Assembly: GCA_964342955.1 (NCBI GenBank)
Contig: CAYFHL010000001.1
Location: 1 to 44,770, forward strand
Reading direction: 5' to 3'
Origin: an uncultured bacterium
GTDB lineage: Bacteria > Fidelibacterota > Marinisomatia > SCGC-AAA003-L08 > D37C17
Length of the DNA stretch: 44,770 nucleotides
The translations under genes and the position numbers were made by a program. The notes beneath the pieces were generated by a model. It ran no database searches and was not told where the DNA came from. It worked only from the letters and a program-made list of their open reading frames with translations. Positions 1 through 9,573 of this stretch are shown one piece after another (the first letter of the stretch is position 1; each line of letters opens with the position of its first letter).

Positions 1-447
1 TGTAAGTCCCATTTCATCTAAATGATCAGGCCTTACGTTTGTAATAACACTCATTGTTGACTTAATCATTTTATGTTCAGAAACCCATTGATATTGAGGA
101 TTAACTGCCATACACTCTATTACAACAACATCAGGTTTTTTTTTTGCAAAATCTCTTATTAATCTAACTTGCTCACCTATTGATGCAGAACGCAAACGAT
201 ATATTGCCTTATCATTCCCATCTTCATCAATAATTCTTGGAGATGTTCCTGTTGTTTTTGCTAAAGTCTTCATTCCTCCAGCTCTTAATCCTGCTGCTAT
301 TAATCTAGTAACGCTTGATTTACCTCTTGAACCATTTATATGAATTCTGATAGGAATATTATTAAGTGAAATGTTATGAAAATAAGATTCAATTAATCCC
401 AAAATTATAATACATAAAAAAATTATTAATAATGAGTTTAAAACCAT
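1..447 (-). CDS. pgsB: poly-gamma-glutamate synthase PgsB/CapB, N-terminal 149 codons (rest lies beyond the window start)
   Basis: Not in the ORF track because it runs off the window. Minus-strand ATG at 447..445, 3 nt after the upstream stop. My translation is MVLNSLLIIFLCIIILGLIESYFHNISLNNIPIRIHINGSRGKSSVTRLIAAGLRAGGMKTLAKTTGTSPRII..SIGEQVRLIRDFAKKKPDVVVIECMAVNPQYQ..TNVRPDHLDEMGLT. It matches remembered B. subtilis PgsB blocks (VNINGIRGKSTVTRL, GKTTGT, NIGEQ, SECMAVNPDYQ, EDHMDVMG). Confidence 0.85.
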   Translation of the reverse strand, partial: MVLNSLLIIFLCIIILGLIESYFHNISLNNIPIRIHINGSRGKSSVTRLIAAGLRAGGMKTLAKTTGTSPRIIDEDGNDKAIYRLRSASIGEQVRLIRDFAKKKPDVVVIECMAVNPQYQWVSEHKMIKSTMSVITNVRPDHLDEMGLT

Positions 448-449
448 TA

Positions 450-3400
450 TTACATTTCAAGAACTAAATTAATCAACATCGTAACATCTAAAACATTCAA
501 TCCACCGCTTTCATCAAGATCCATTATAAATTGTGATGATGGATTTAAGATTTCAATTCCCACAATATGATTAATAATTAATATAATATCAAAAATATTT
601 ACTTCTTCATCAAAATTTCCATCACCCATTAACATGATACTAGGAGACCTTGTAGTTATAAATATTGCAGATTCATTGCTTAACTCATTTGCTGCCTCAT
701 GGTATTCATTGTTGAAAGTATATGAAACTCCTCTATTTCCAAAATGATCTTCTATGCCAATAGTACAATAAGCGCCGTGTTGAGGAGTAAAACCACTATA
801 ATTACCTATAGATGTATTATTAAATTCCTTATATTGGATAAGTATTTCATCATCAATATCATTATTAGTATTATATAAAATTACTTGAAAAGTTTCAGTA
901 GAATTTTGATCGTATGTTTTCATATTAGACCATTCAATTATAATATAGGAATCAGTTAAATACTTGAAAACTCCTCCTTGAGATGTTTTTAGATCATCCC
1001 AAAATGCTGCTAACATTGGGGATGGCCCACCTGGACCAGGTAAAGGATAATTTCTAAAAGATCCCATATTTGTTTCACCAAAACTGATCCATCCATTTGA
1101 ACTAACAGAAATCTCATTGTAATCAATCCCATAAAAAGTAAATGTAAATGGCAATTCAACATTTACCGTACTATTACTATATACTCCATTTCCATTATCA
1201 GATAAATTGAGATTTATCCCAGAGCCACCATAGCTAGGATCAATTTCAATCCAACTATAAATTGGCAATTGCGCAAAACCAAAATCTTGATAGTCATAAA
1301 TATAATATCCATAGTCTGTTGGCCCTATTGGATTATTATTTGATATTGTTCCAATAATTATATTTATGTTTTCTGAACTATTATAGCCATCATAATTATA
1401 AAAATCTATCGTCCAATCTGTTTCTGAACCACTTATAAAATTTTCATTTACAAATATATTATAAGGACTATTAGATATTATTGTCCCCCCTGGAACAAGA
1501 GTTCCAAACTCTATGGAATTATTAAACAATTCAATATCATTATTTAATCCTATAATATCACCTACAATGTTTTCAACAGTTACATCCCCTGAATTCACTA
1601 TTTCAATATAAATATTTCCCTCCTGTCCTGGTTCTAATAAGATTGTTTCATCTAAATTATATGATAAAATATCAATCTTACCAGCATGCAATTCTATTGG
1701 AATTATCAATTCCCAGGCATCATCATAAATATTGGTTAAATTTAAAAATAAAAAAGGCTCAATATTATATTCGGCACTATTATCTATAGAAATTAAAAAA
1801 TTATTGCCAGCAGAAGTCTCATTGGGAAGTATATTGGCATAATAAGAAATATTCTGTAGAACATTAACATTATCCAGTGTAGAAAATAACTCACCTTCAA
1901 CACCCATATTAATAATACTACCCGTATTTTGTATTGGCAATGTAATTTGAACAATTTCACCAGGATTAATCATATTATTTCCATTTCCAACAGTATTTGA
2001 ACCACCATCTTCAATTATAACAATATTATCTGTATCTAGCATAATCTGATTTGGTGATTGATTGATTACAATATTATTCTGATATGGAAAAAAATTTTGG
2101 CTGGTTATAGTAATAATTATTTCACCAGATATTGTATAATCTATATTAAATGTTGCTAATCCTTGAGAATTTGTCCAGATAGAAGTGAAAATTTCATCGT
2201 TATCTTTTAATAACGTTACCCATGCACTATCAACGGGATTGTTTTGACTATCTGTTACTAAAACATTAATTACATTTGTTCCATATTGTATGTTTTCTGG
2301 ATGATTAACTACTAAATTTTGAGGCGTATCCGTAAATAAATGCAAGGCTGGATCTCCCATGAGATTATTCCAATGTGAAAATATACTAACGCTATTATTG
2401 GGGTTACTAGGATATGTATTTAATAATGATAATTTACCATGCGCTAGTACTCCTCCAGCCGTTTCTATAGATTGAGCAAATACTCCTTCATATATACCCA
2501 TATCAACAATATTATTAAATGCTGTATGAGTACCTGAAGTTGCAGTACCAATTGCAGCAACGGCTCCTTTTGGGTTTTGTGCTGTGCCAGCTCTTATAAA
2601 GTCTTCTGTTATAGATGTACCACTATATCCTCCTGTTCCGCATGTTATAAAAGTAACAAACGGAGTTTTATAACCATTATTTGCATTATTGATATGTGTA
2701 TTATAAAATCCACTATTACCAATATATCCTCTATAATTAAAATAGAGTATTCCATCATTGAGTTTATTTTGCATCCAATTAGCATAATTACCCTGACCAA
2801 AATTTGTTTGAATATTTTCAAAATTATTTACAAGCATCATATTTTCAATATATTCATTCGTAATAATTGTTGATTGACCTGATGATGATGGATCTCCTAC
2901 CAAAGCAGAACTTTCATACCAATCTAGTTCAAATTCATTAATATTGTCACCTTTTTCATAAGAAATTGTTTTATTGATAACAGTAGATAAATTTGTAGAT
3001 GAAGATACTGAAAGCCTACCAATCAATATTTCTGGATATAAATCATCACCTTCAAGCAATGCATATGGCTGATCCCCTTCACCATAATATCCCGACCAAT
3101 TTTCAGTAAAGTAACCTATACCATATGATCCAGACACATCTCCTATTAATCCAACAAATTCTGGGGGAATATCCCAATTATGATATGCATTCTGTATATA
3201 TGATTTTACTTCAGATGCACTACTACCAATTTCCGAAGTGCTAACTGAATATACTTTATATCCCTGTTCATGTCGCCAATCAAATAATTGCTGAACATAT
3301 GGGTGATCTATTGCAGTTCCACCACACACATATAGAATTGCTGGAACTTGAAACTCTTCATTTCTTTCATAATTAAGGATATATGATTTTTTAATTTTTT

Positions 3401-3974
3401 CAAATGCTCTAGATGGTTTTACATCACTAATTTGAATTGAATTTCTAAAACCTTCTTCTAAAACAATTATTTCTATTTCTTTGATCACCTCTATTTTATT
3501 TTCAGATGGTGAATAAATAAAGGGAATTACTGTGATTTCTGCAACTTCCAACCCCCTGAATGCTTTAGGATCAGATATTGATACAATTTTTTGAGGATAT
3601 ACTTGGTCCGATTGATAGAACGATTGATTATAGGGAAGCATCTTATCTGATTTATTTTTATAGGGCAACACAATAATATCTTCAATATAATATGAAGACT
3701 TTATTGTATACTTAATTTTATAATCAATATTATTTTTCAATTGTAATAAAGTTGAAAACAAAGGCAATTCTGGCATACCAACATCACTAGTTGTCCCTTT
3801 TGTACTTTCAAATTTTATAAATTTATCTGAGTTTTCCACTTTTAAAGTATCGATTTTAAAATTGATCATATTTGAATTTAATTCTTTTTTCAAGCTAAAA
3901 TTCTTTTGAATAGAAAACAAAAATGAACTTAAAAGAAAATAAACAGATAATATCTTTATATTTTTATTATTCAA
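450..3974 (-). CDS. secreted multidomain peptidase C25 (gingipain)-family protein with CARDB-like repeats, a NIDO-like domain and a C-terminal dockerin-like module
   Basis: 1174-aa ORF with a signal peptide (MNNKNIKILSVYFLLSSFLFS). C25-type blocks: EFVGLIGDVSG, GDDLYPEILIGRLS, NKTISYEKG, LYFNYRGYIGNSG...PFVTFITCGTGGY. CARDB-like NPGEIVQITLPIQNTG and EPGQEGNIYIEIVNSGD. NIDO-like FTFTFYGIDYNEISVSSNGWISF...MLAAFWDDL. Dockerin-like tail GDGNFDEEVNIFDIILIINHIVG...LDESGGLNVLDVTMLINLVLE. Confidence 0.75.
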   Translation of the reverse strand: MNNKNIKILSVYFLLSSFLFSIQKNFSLKKELNSNMINFKIDTLKVENSDKFIKFESTKGTTSDVGMPELPLFSTLLQLKNNIDYKIKYTIKSSYYIEDIIVLPYKNKSDKMLPYNQSFYQSDQVYPQKIVSISDPKAFRGLEVAEITVIPFIYSPSENKIEVIKEIEIIVLEEGFRNSIQISDVKPSRAFEKIKKSYILNYERNEEFQVPAILYVCGGTAIDHPYVQQLFDWRHEQGYKVYSVSTSEIGSSASEVKSYIQNAYHNWDIPPEFVGLIGDVSGSYGIGYFTENWSGYYGEGDQPYALLEGDDLYPEILIGRLSVSSSTNLSTVINKTISYEKGDNINEFELDWYESSALVGDPSSSGQSTIITNEYIENMMLVNNFENIQTNFGQGNYANWMQNKLNDGILYFNYRGYIGNSGFYNTHINNANNGYKTPFVTFITCGTGGYSGTSITEDFIRAGTAQNPKGAVAAIGTATSGTHTAFNNIVDMGIYEGVFAQSIETAGGVLAHGKLSLLNTYPSNPNNSVSIFSHWNNLMGDPALHLFTDTPQNLVVNHPENIQYGTNVINVLVTDSQNNPVDSAWVTLLKDNDEIFTSIWTNSQGLATFNIDYTISGEIIITITSQNFFPYQNNIVINQSPNQIMLDTDNIVIIEDGGSNTVGNGNNMINPGEIVQITLPIQNTGSIINMGVEGELFSTLDNVNVLQNISYYANILPNETSAGNNFLISIDNSAEYNIEPFLFLNLTNIYDDAWELIIPIELHAGKIDILSYNLDETILLEPGQEGNIYIEIVNSGDVTVENIVGDIIGLNNDIELFNNSIEFGTLVPGGTIISNSPYNIFVNENFISGSETDWTIDFYNYDGYNSSENINIIIGTISNNNPIGPTDYGYYIYDYQDFGFAQLPIYSWIEIDPSYGGSGINLNLSDNGNGVYSNSTVNVELPFTFTFYGIDYNEISVSSNGWISFGETNMGSFRNYPLPGPGGPSPMLAAFWDDLKTSQGGVFKYLTDSYIIIEWSNMKTYDQNSTETFQVILYNTNNDIDDEILIQYKEFNNTSIGNYSGFTPQHGAYCTIGIEDHFGNRGVSYTFNNEYHEAANELSNESAIFITTRSPSIMLMGDGNFDEEVNIFDIILIINHIVGIEILNPSSQFIMDLDESGGLNVLDVTMLINLVLEM

Positions 3975-4143
3975 AACGCTAATTTATTTAATATATATTT
4001 AAACTTTAACCATAAAGTATATTAATCACTATTAATTAATCTAATAAATCTTTGTATCATACTGTTACAAAATGAATTCATTATTACCCAACTAAGGTTA
4101 TAAATTAGCAAGCTTTAAATTAAATCATTTATCAAGTAATTGA

Positions 4144-4150
4144 AAGGAGA
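4144..4150 (+). promoter_or_regulatory. Shine-Dalgarno sequence (AAGGAGA) for the pilin gene
   Basis: AAGGAGA lies 6 nt upstream of the TTG start at 4157. An ATG at 4152 opens only a 2-codon ORF (ATG AAT TGA). Confidence 0.5.
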
Positions 4151-4156
4151 TATGAA

Positions 4157-4558
4157 TTGAAATTATTCCTAAACAAAAACCAGGCTGGTTTTACTTTAGT
4201 AGAAATTCTCATAGTTGTTGTAATTATTGGGATACTTGCAACAATAGCTGTTCCCACTTATATGAGATATGTAGAACGAGGATATGCATCAGATGCAAAA
4301 GTGCAAATGAAAAATATACTTGAAAATGCTGAAATCTATGAACAAGAAAATGGTGAATGGCCCGCTGATATAGAAATTATGGAAGAACTCGGATATTTAG
4401 AATTAAAAATGTCTACAAAAAGAAAATGGCAATTTGATCTAAGTGAAGCAGAAATTACAGCAACAAGTTTGGCTGAAATGTCTGGAGGAGAAGGTGAAGT
4501 GATAATTCTGCAAAGAGAAACTGGAGATTTCAGAGGCTATGGTCAAAAACAAAAATAA
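4157..4558 (+). CDS. type IV pilin / GspG-like major (pseudo)pilin with a prepilin cleavage-methylation motif
   Basis: TTG start. Leader MKLFLNKNQAG followed by FTLVEILIVVVIIGILATIAVP (G|FTLVE class III signal). AEIYEQENGEWP resembles the GspG/pilin alpha-beta loop. No Cys in the mature 122 aa. First gene of the pilus cluster. Confidence 0.85.
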   Translation: MKLFLNKNQAGFTLVEILIVVVIIGILATIAVPTYMRYVERGYASDAKVQMKNILENAEIYEQENGEWPADIEIMEELGYLELKMSTKRKWQFDLSEAEITATSLAEMSGGEGEVIILQRETGDFRGYGQKQK

Positions 4559-4563
4559 ATCTA

Positions 4564-5619
4564 ATGCATAATATTAATGATTTTCTAAAATATACTCTTG
4601 ATAATGACGCGTCAGACTTGCATTTAAGCGTCGGATCCCAACCAATGGTACGAATTCATGGTGAAATGAAAAAATTACAAATGGATGCCATGACAAACGA
4701 TTCTATGAGGTCTATTATCGATGATATTCTTAATGAAAATCAAAAACAACTTTTTAAGGATAAGCTTGAAATTGATTTTTCAACAAAACTTGATGGATCT
4801 GGAAGATTTAGGGTTAATTGTTTTAATCAAATTAATGGTCTATCTGCAGTTTTTAGAGCTATTCCATCTGAAATAAAAAACATTGAGGAATTAGGTGTAC
4901 CACCTATTCTAAATCAAATATCATTACTTGACAAAGGGTTAATTCTGCTTACAGGTCCAACAGGCAGTGGTAAATCAACTACTTTAGCTGCAATGATTGA
5001 TTATATTAATGAAAATAAAAAATGTCATATAATCACTATTGAAGATCCTGTTGAATATTATCATGAAAGCAAGAATTCGCTTATAAATCAACGTGAATTA
5101 GGACAGAGCACGCATTCTTTTACAAACGCACTTAGATCAGCGTTACGAGAAGACCCTGATGTAATATTAGTAGGTGAAATGAGAGATCTTGAAACAATTC
5201 AATTAGCCTTAACTGCGGCAGAAACAGGACATTTAGTTCTATCTACCCTGCATACATCTGGGGCAGTCAAAACAATTGATAGGATTATTGATGTTTTCCC
5301 ATCAGAAAATAAATCTCAAATTCGATCTATGTTATCAGAGAGTTTAGCTGCTGTAGTATCACAAAAACTTCTTAGAACAGTATCCGGATCTGGTAGAATA
5401 CCTGCATGTGAAATTATGATTGCAAATTCTGCTATAAGAAATTTAGTGCGTGAAGATAAAATATATCAAATACCATCACTTATTCAATCAGGTGGCAAGG
5501 AGGGTATGCAAAGTCTAGATCAAGACCTTCAGAGACTTGTAAGCCAAGGATTAATAAATAAAAAAGATGCATCAAACATTGCGGACAATCCTAATATTTT
5601 TGAAAAGGGTATTTTCTAA
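4564..5619 (+). CDS. pilT: twitching-motility (retraction) ATPase PilT
   Basis: 351 aa. Walker A GPTGSGKSTT, Asp box ITIEDPVEY, Walker B DVILVGEMRD, His box LVLSTLHT, and the PilT-type AIRNLVREDKIYQIPS motif. Confidence 0.93.
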   Translation: MHNINDFLKYTLDNDASDLHLSVGSQPMVRIHGEMKKLQMDAMTNDSMRSIIDDILNENQKQLFKDKLEIDFSTKLDGSGRFRVNCFNQINGLSAVFRAIPSEIKNIEELGVPPILNQISLLDKGLILLTGPTGSGKSTTLAAMIDYINENKKCHIITIEDPVEYYHESKNSLINQRELGQSTHSFTNALRSALREDPDVILVGEMRDLETIQLALTAAETGHLVLSTLHTSGAVKTIDRIIDVFPSENKSQIRSMLSESLAAVVSQKLLRTVSGSGRIPACEIMIANSAIRNLVREDKIYQIPSLIQSGGKEGMQSLDQDLQRLVSQGLINKKDASNIADNPNIFEKGIF

Positions 5620-5620
5620 A

Positions 5621-6052
5621 TTGAATTGTACAAATATAAAACTTGGATTCACATTAGCTGAATTATTAGCAGGAGTTGTTATTACAGCTATAGCTGGTGG
5701 TGCGCTTATGCATGGAATAACCTTAGCTAAAACCAACATTCGTTCTATTCAAATTGAAGAACTTGCGTTTAATAAACTTCAAAGTCACACTGAATATTGG
5801 AAAGGGAATATTGCTGCAGGAAGAAATCCTTTATCTTCATCAAAATGGTCCTCTACATGTATTGAGTTTAATGAAATTGGTGAATGTAAAATTCAAGGAG
5901 AACTATTTTATGATATTATTAATATTTCACCATCAGGTAGAAGAGCACAAAGTTCTAGATTAATTACCAAAATACGATGGATTGATAATTTTGAAAAAAC
6001 TAGATTGTTAGAGTTTAATACATCTCAATTTAGATTCAGGAAATCATATTAA
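5621..6052 (+). CDS. prepilin-type minor pilin / pseudopilin
   Basis: Track ORF 5567..6052 overlaps pilT by 53 nt. The in-frame TTG at 5621 gives a typical short leader, MNCTNIKLG|FTLAELLAGVVITAIAGGAL. The start choice is inference. Confidence 0.7.
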   Translation: MNCTNIKLGFTLAELLAGVVITAIAGGALMHGITLAKTNIRSIQIEELAFNKLQSHTEYWKGNIAAGRNPLSSSKWSSTCIEFNEIGECKIQGELFYDIINISPSGRRAQSSRLITKIRWIDNFEKTRLLEFNTSQFRFRKSY

Positions 6053-6604
6053 ATGAGAATATCTAATATAAAAAATATTCAAAGTGGATTTTCTATGATA
6101 GAGCTCATTATTACTTTAGTTATTATAGGAATAACTATGTTAAGTCTTATGACTATCTCTGCTGAAGTAGTTCATCATTATAATAGAGAAATGCATCGAG
6201 AAGATATTCAACATTACGCTAATACTATCATGGATAAAATGTATAATGATTTAATTAATGCAAATGCTGTTTTTTTGAGAACTACTGGAACATCAATTAG
6301 AGTGACATGCCAATTCAATAGTTATTCAAATGTCTATACATCTGATAATATAAATGGTGTTCAATTTAATGGTTCAGATTTTCCAGGTTTAAGGATGAAT
6401 AAGTCAAGTGATCCAAAGTATCTTTTAGAACTCAAAAACTTTGATTGTGAACGAGGTGGCAATGAAATTGGCTTACCTGATTTGCGAGCCTCTCTATATA
6501 CACTTACATTTGGATTTTCAATGATTTCATTAAAAGGTAAAGGGAATGATTATTTTCAGTTTGAACGACAAATTTTTGCAAGGAAACCTTATACTAGAAT
6601 TTAA
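6053..6604 (+). CDS. prepilin-type minor pilin / pseudopilin
   Basis: Leader MRISNIKNIQSG|FSMIELIITLVIIGITML (G|FxxxE methylation motif plus a hydrophobic helix). Abuts the flanking genes. Confidence 0.75.
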   Translation: MRISNIKNIQSGFSMIELIITLVIIGITMLSLMTISAEVVHHYNREMHREDIQHYANTIMDKMYNDLINANAVFLRTTGTSIRVTCQFNSYSNVYTSDNINGVQFNGSDFPGLRMNKSSDPKYLLELKNFDCERGGNEIGLPDLRASLYTLTFGFSMISLKGKGNDYFQFERQIFARKPYTRI

Positions 6605-6606
6605 TT

Positions 6607-8511
6607 ATGAATAAAACTAATTTATTAAATTTAATTCAAAGTAGAGGGAGCATTCTTCCTGTTACATTATTAGTTTCTATTATGGGATTAAGTGTGGTAT
6701 ATGGATACTTTAATTGGATAGGTGCAAAAAAAACTCAACTAAGGTACAGAATTGCAAAAACTAAAGCTTTCTATAATGCTGAGACTGGAATGGCCGAAGA
6801 AGCTTATCCCTATTTAAATAAAAATAATTTTGTATCTGGCGCATTATTGAATGGTAAAAAAATTGATAAAAACATGGGAAGCTATCAACCACCCCAAGTA
6901 TCTTATGATAATTCAGGCTTTAGAGTTGGTAAAGTTATAGGTGTTTCTAATTTTAGAGATTCAAAAGGTAATCTAGTAGAAGTCTATGACTCAACATTTA
7001 TGAAAGTTCAAGAACAATCAATGGGAATTTATATGTACCTTACTGATTCAGAATTAGCTGGAGGAGCACCTTTTGTTTTTGATTCTCCTGGATCTAGGAG
7101 AGAAGTAAGTTTTGGTTCACAAGATCAATTAAATGGAATTGTTCAATCTAATGGACAAATTGTTTTAAGTCAATATGGTGGTTGTCCTGATTTTTCTAAA
7201 GCTTCAATTTATCTTACTAATGGAACAGGAGTACAACTATCAAGTTCCTGTAATAGCTATAGTCAATTATTTGGTGGTTATAGTAATATTGATACTGCTT
7301 CGCAACCTCCAGTTAATCTACCGCCCACTGGCTATCAAACTCTAAAAGAAAATGCTAACTATATTTATGATGCTACTGAAAAAATCTATACTAATCAACC
7401 TAATGATTCTTTAATTATGACACGTTTAGAATTTTTTGAAACAGGTAGTTTTAATGTAAAAATGTGGTGGTATTTAAAACCTCCTCATTTAAAAGCAAAT
7501 CCTAGCAATGTATACCTTCCTACTGCCACAGATATTGAAGGTGTAATAAATAGTGACTTGCAATGCTATGATCCTATGAATCCTTTAAGTTGTACACCAT
7601 ATATTGATTCACTTTTTAATTATCATGCAAAAATATATAACCCTGAAACTCAACAAGAAAGTTATGTAAATAATACTATTAATGGAACTCATGGCTTCCA
7701 CCATTTTGATTTTGAACCAATAGATAATGATGGCAATATAGATTCTGAAAACCTAATTCTAAATGAAACAAGATCATATACGAGCCCCAGTGTGATCTAT
7801 ATTAAAGGCGGTCCAGTACAAGTATTAGGAAAATATAAAGGACGATATACTATTGTAACTGATGAATATACTACATACAGGAGACACGTTTCTACTTCCT
7901 TTATGAATCCTGTGATTGATACGCTATGGAATAATATATGGATAATAGATGACTTAGTTAACGCTGATGCTGATGATAATGGAAGTCTAGAAGAATTTCA
8001 ACCATCAACAGACTGCTCATTTATGAGAACAAACAATATAATGGGGTTAGTTTCAGGAGCAAATGTCATTATTGCTAATACACAAAAAAATGGAGCACGA
8101 AATAGTGCTTGGTATAATGACATTTTAATTAATGCCGGCATTATTGCATTAAATGAATCTTTTGTTATGCATTATTGGCAAAATACAGTTTCAGGAGCCA
8201 CTATCGCATACAGTAATCCACCCTATGCAGATGGAAGGGGAATTAGTCGATTTGGCGGAGGTTCTGGTAATCAAGATGCTAGGGGTATAGTAACTTTATG
8301 GGGTGGCATCGTTCAAAAGTACAGGGGTTATTTAAAACGTAATCAACCCGGACCTTACATGACTGGAGATATTGGTATGGATAAAGACTATAATTATGAT
8401 GCAAATCTAGGTTGCTGGCCACCACCTTTCTATCCTGCTATTGAATTTAATAATGAATATGATGAAATTGATGTTAAAATTGTTGACTATGGAAGGTCAA
8501 GTGATAATTAA
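6607..8511 (+). CDS. large PilX_N-like pilus-associated protein (candidate tip/adhesin component), function unknown
   Basis: 634 aa. The N-terminus SRGSILPVTLLVSIMGLSVVYGY resembles the PilX N-terminal segment (no G|F..E motif). It sits where PilX/PilY1-type genes lie, after the minor pilins. The rest is unrecognisable to me. Confidence 0.5.
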   Translation: MNKTNLLNLIQSRGSILPVTLLVSIMGLSVVYGYFNWIGAKKTQLRYRIAKTKAFYNAETGMAEEAYPYLNKNNFVSGALLNGKKIDKNMGSYQPPQVSYDNSGFRVGKVIGVSNFRDSKGNLVEVYDSTFMKVQEQSMGIYMYLTDSELAGGAPFVFDSPGSRREVSFGSQDQLNGIVQSNGQIVLSQYGGCPDFSKASIYLTNGTGVQLSSSCNSYSQLFGGYSNIDTASQPPVNLPPTGYQTLKENANYIYDATEKIYTNQPNDSLIMTRLEFFETGSFNVKMWWYLKPPHLKANPSNVYLPTATDIEGVINSDLQCYDPMNPLSCTPYIDSLFNYHAKIYNPETQQESYVNNTINGTHGFHHFDFEPIDNDGNIDSENLILNETRSYTSPSVIYIKGGPVQVLGKYKGRYTIVTDEYTTYRRHVSTSFMNPVIDTLWNNIWIIDDLVNADADDNGSLEEFQPSTDCSFMRTNNIMGLVSGANVIIANTQKNGARNSAWYNDILINAGIIALNESFVMHYWQNTVSGATIAYSNPPYADGRGISRFGGGSGNQDARGIVTLWGGIVQKYRGYLKRNQPGPYMTGDIGMDKDYNYDANLGCWPPPFYPAIEFNNEYDEIDVKIVDYGRSSDN

Positions 8512-9573
8512 ATGGTGATTGGAATCGATATAGGAACATATTCAGTAAAAATCATTGGTATGATAAAAGATGATAATGGATATACTATTCAAAAATCCGG
8601 TTGCAAACCTATTTTTGAAAATATTCAAACATATGATCCAGAAAAAATTGCTAGTTCAAATTTGGTAGCAACTATTCAAGATTTAAGCAAAGAATTAAAT
8701 ATTAATCCTAAAAAAATTAAAACTGTTGTGTCATCCATATCTGGTAAAAATGTTAGCATTAAACAAATTTCTACTTTAGAAATGTCTGGAGATGAACTTA
8801 CAGCATCATTAGAATTTGAAGCAAAGAAACATATCGCTTTAGATGGTACTGAAGCTGTGCTTGATTATCATCTACTTGGAAGCGATCCCAATGAATTAGA
8901 TAAAACAAACGTTCTCTTGGTTGCATTAACAAAAAAACTTGTCAATCAACATGATAAAATAATTAGAGATTCAGGATATAAGCCAACCATCTTTGACACA
9001 GATCCAATTGCATTAACTAATTGCTATTTAAATCAAAAAACTTTGCCTAAAGATGGTGCAGATGTCATTATTAATATTGGAACAGCAAACACCACTCTTA
9101 TAATTTGGGGTGAAAACTCAAAATATTTTACAAGAGAACTTTCAATTGCAGGACATCATTTTACTCAATCAGTAGTTAAATTAAGAAAAATAAATTATCA
9201 AGATGCGGAAGAGCTTAAGTTTAGCATTGGCATTGAATCATCCCAATCAAATTCTGAGGCCTCACCAGAAAATATTAGTTCAGAAATTAAAATGGAAGAA
9301 CAAACTATTTATATGTCTTTAATAGATGAACTTCGAAAAACACTGCGATACTATATGAAATCAAATTCTCAATCATTCTTTAATAATTTTTTCATAACTG
9401 GTGGTTCAACTAATTTACCGGGATTAATTGATTTTATAAACAATCAACTTAAAATAGAGTTACAAATACTCAACCCTTTAGAAAAGATAAATAACAATAC
9501 AAAAATTAATAATGCCTCACAGTTTACTACAGCTATAGGTTTAGCTATCAGAGGATTTGAAAGTTCCAAATGA
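8512..9573 (+). CDS. pilM: type IV pilus assembly protein PilM (actin-like ATPase fold)
   Basis: 353 aa. MVIGIDIGTYSVKIIG phosphate-1-like motif. DTDPIALTN and ITGGSTNLPGL are typical of PilM/FtsA-like proteins. The TGA stop overlaps the pilN ATG (ATGA). Confidence 0.85.
   Translation: MVIGIDIGTYSVKIIGMIKDDNGYTIQKSGCKPIFENIQTYDPEKIASSNLVATIQDLSKELNINPKKIKTVVSSISGKNVSIKQISTLEMSGDELTASLEFEAKKHIALDGTEAVLDYHLLGSDPNELDKTNVLLVALTKKLVNQHDKIIRDSGYKPTIFDTDPIALTNCYLNQKTLPKDGADVIINIGTANTTLIIWGENSKYFTRELSIAGHHFTQSVVKLRKINYQDAEELKFSIGIESSQSNSEASPENISSEIKMEEQTIYMSLIDELRKTLRYYMKSNSQSFFNNFFITGGSTNLPGLIDFINNQLKIELQILNPLEKINNNTKINNASQFTTAIGLAIRGFESSK

Noticed and set aside
4095-4110. Possible sigma-54 promoter (GG-N10-GC spacing: AGGTTATAAATTAGCA) upstream of the pilin gene.
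   Set aside because: Only about 6 of 12 consensus positions of TGGCACG-N4-TTGCW match. Apart from the GG and GC dinucleotides the match is AT-rich background, and no sigma-54 activator gene is present in the cluster.
5567-5620. ATG start at 5567 for the first minor pilin, giving a 53-nt overlap with pilT.
   Set aside because: It would give a 27-residue leader before the G|FTLAE site, much longer than prepilin leaders. The in-frame TTG at 5621, just after the pilT stop, gives a typical 9-residue leader.
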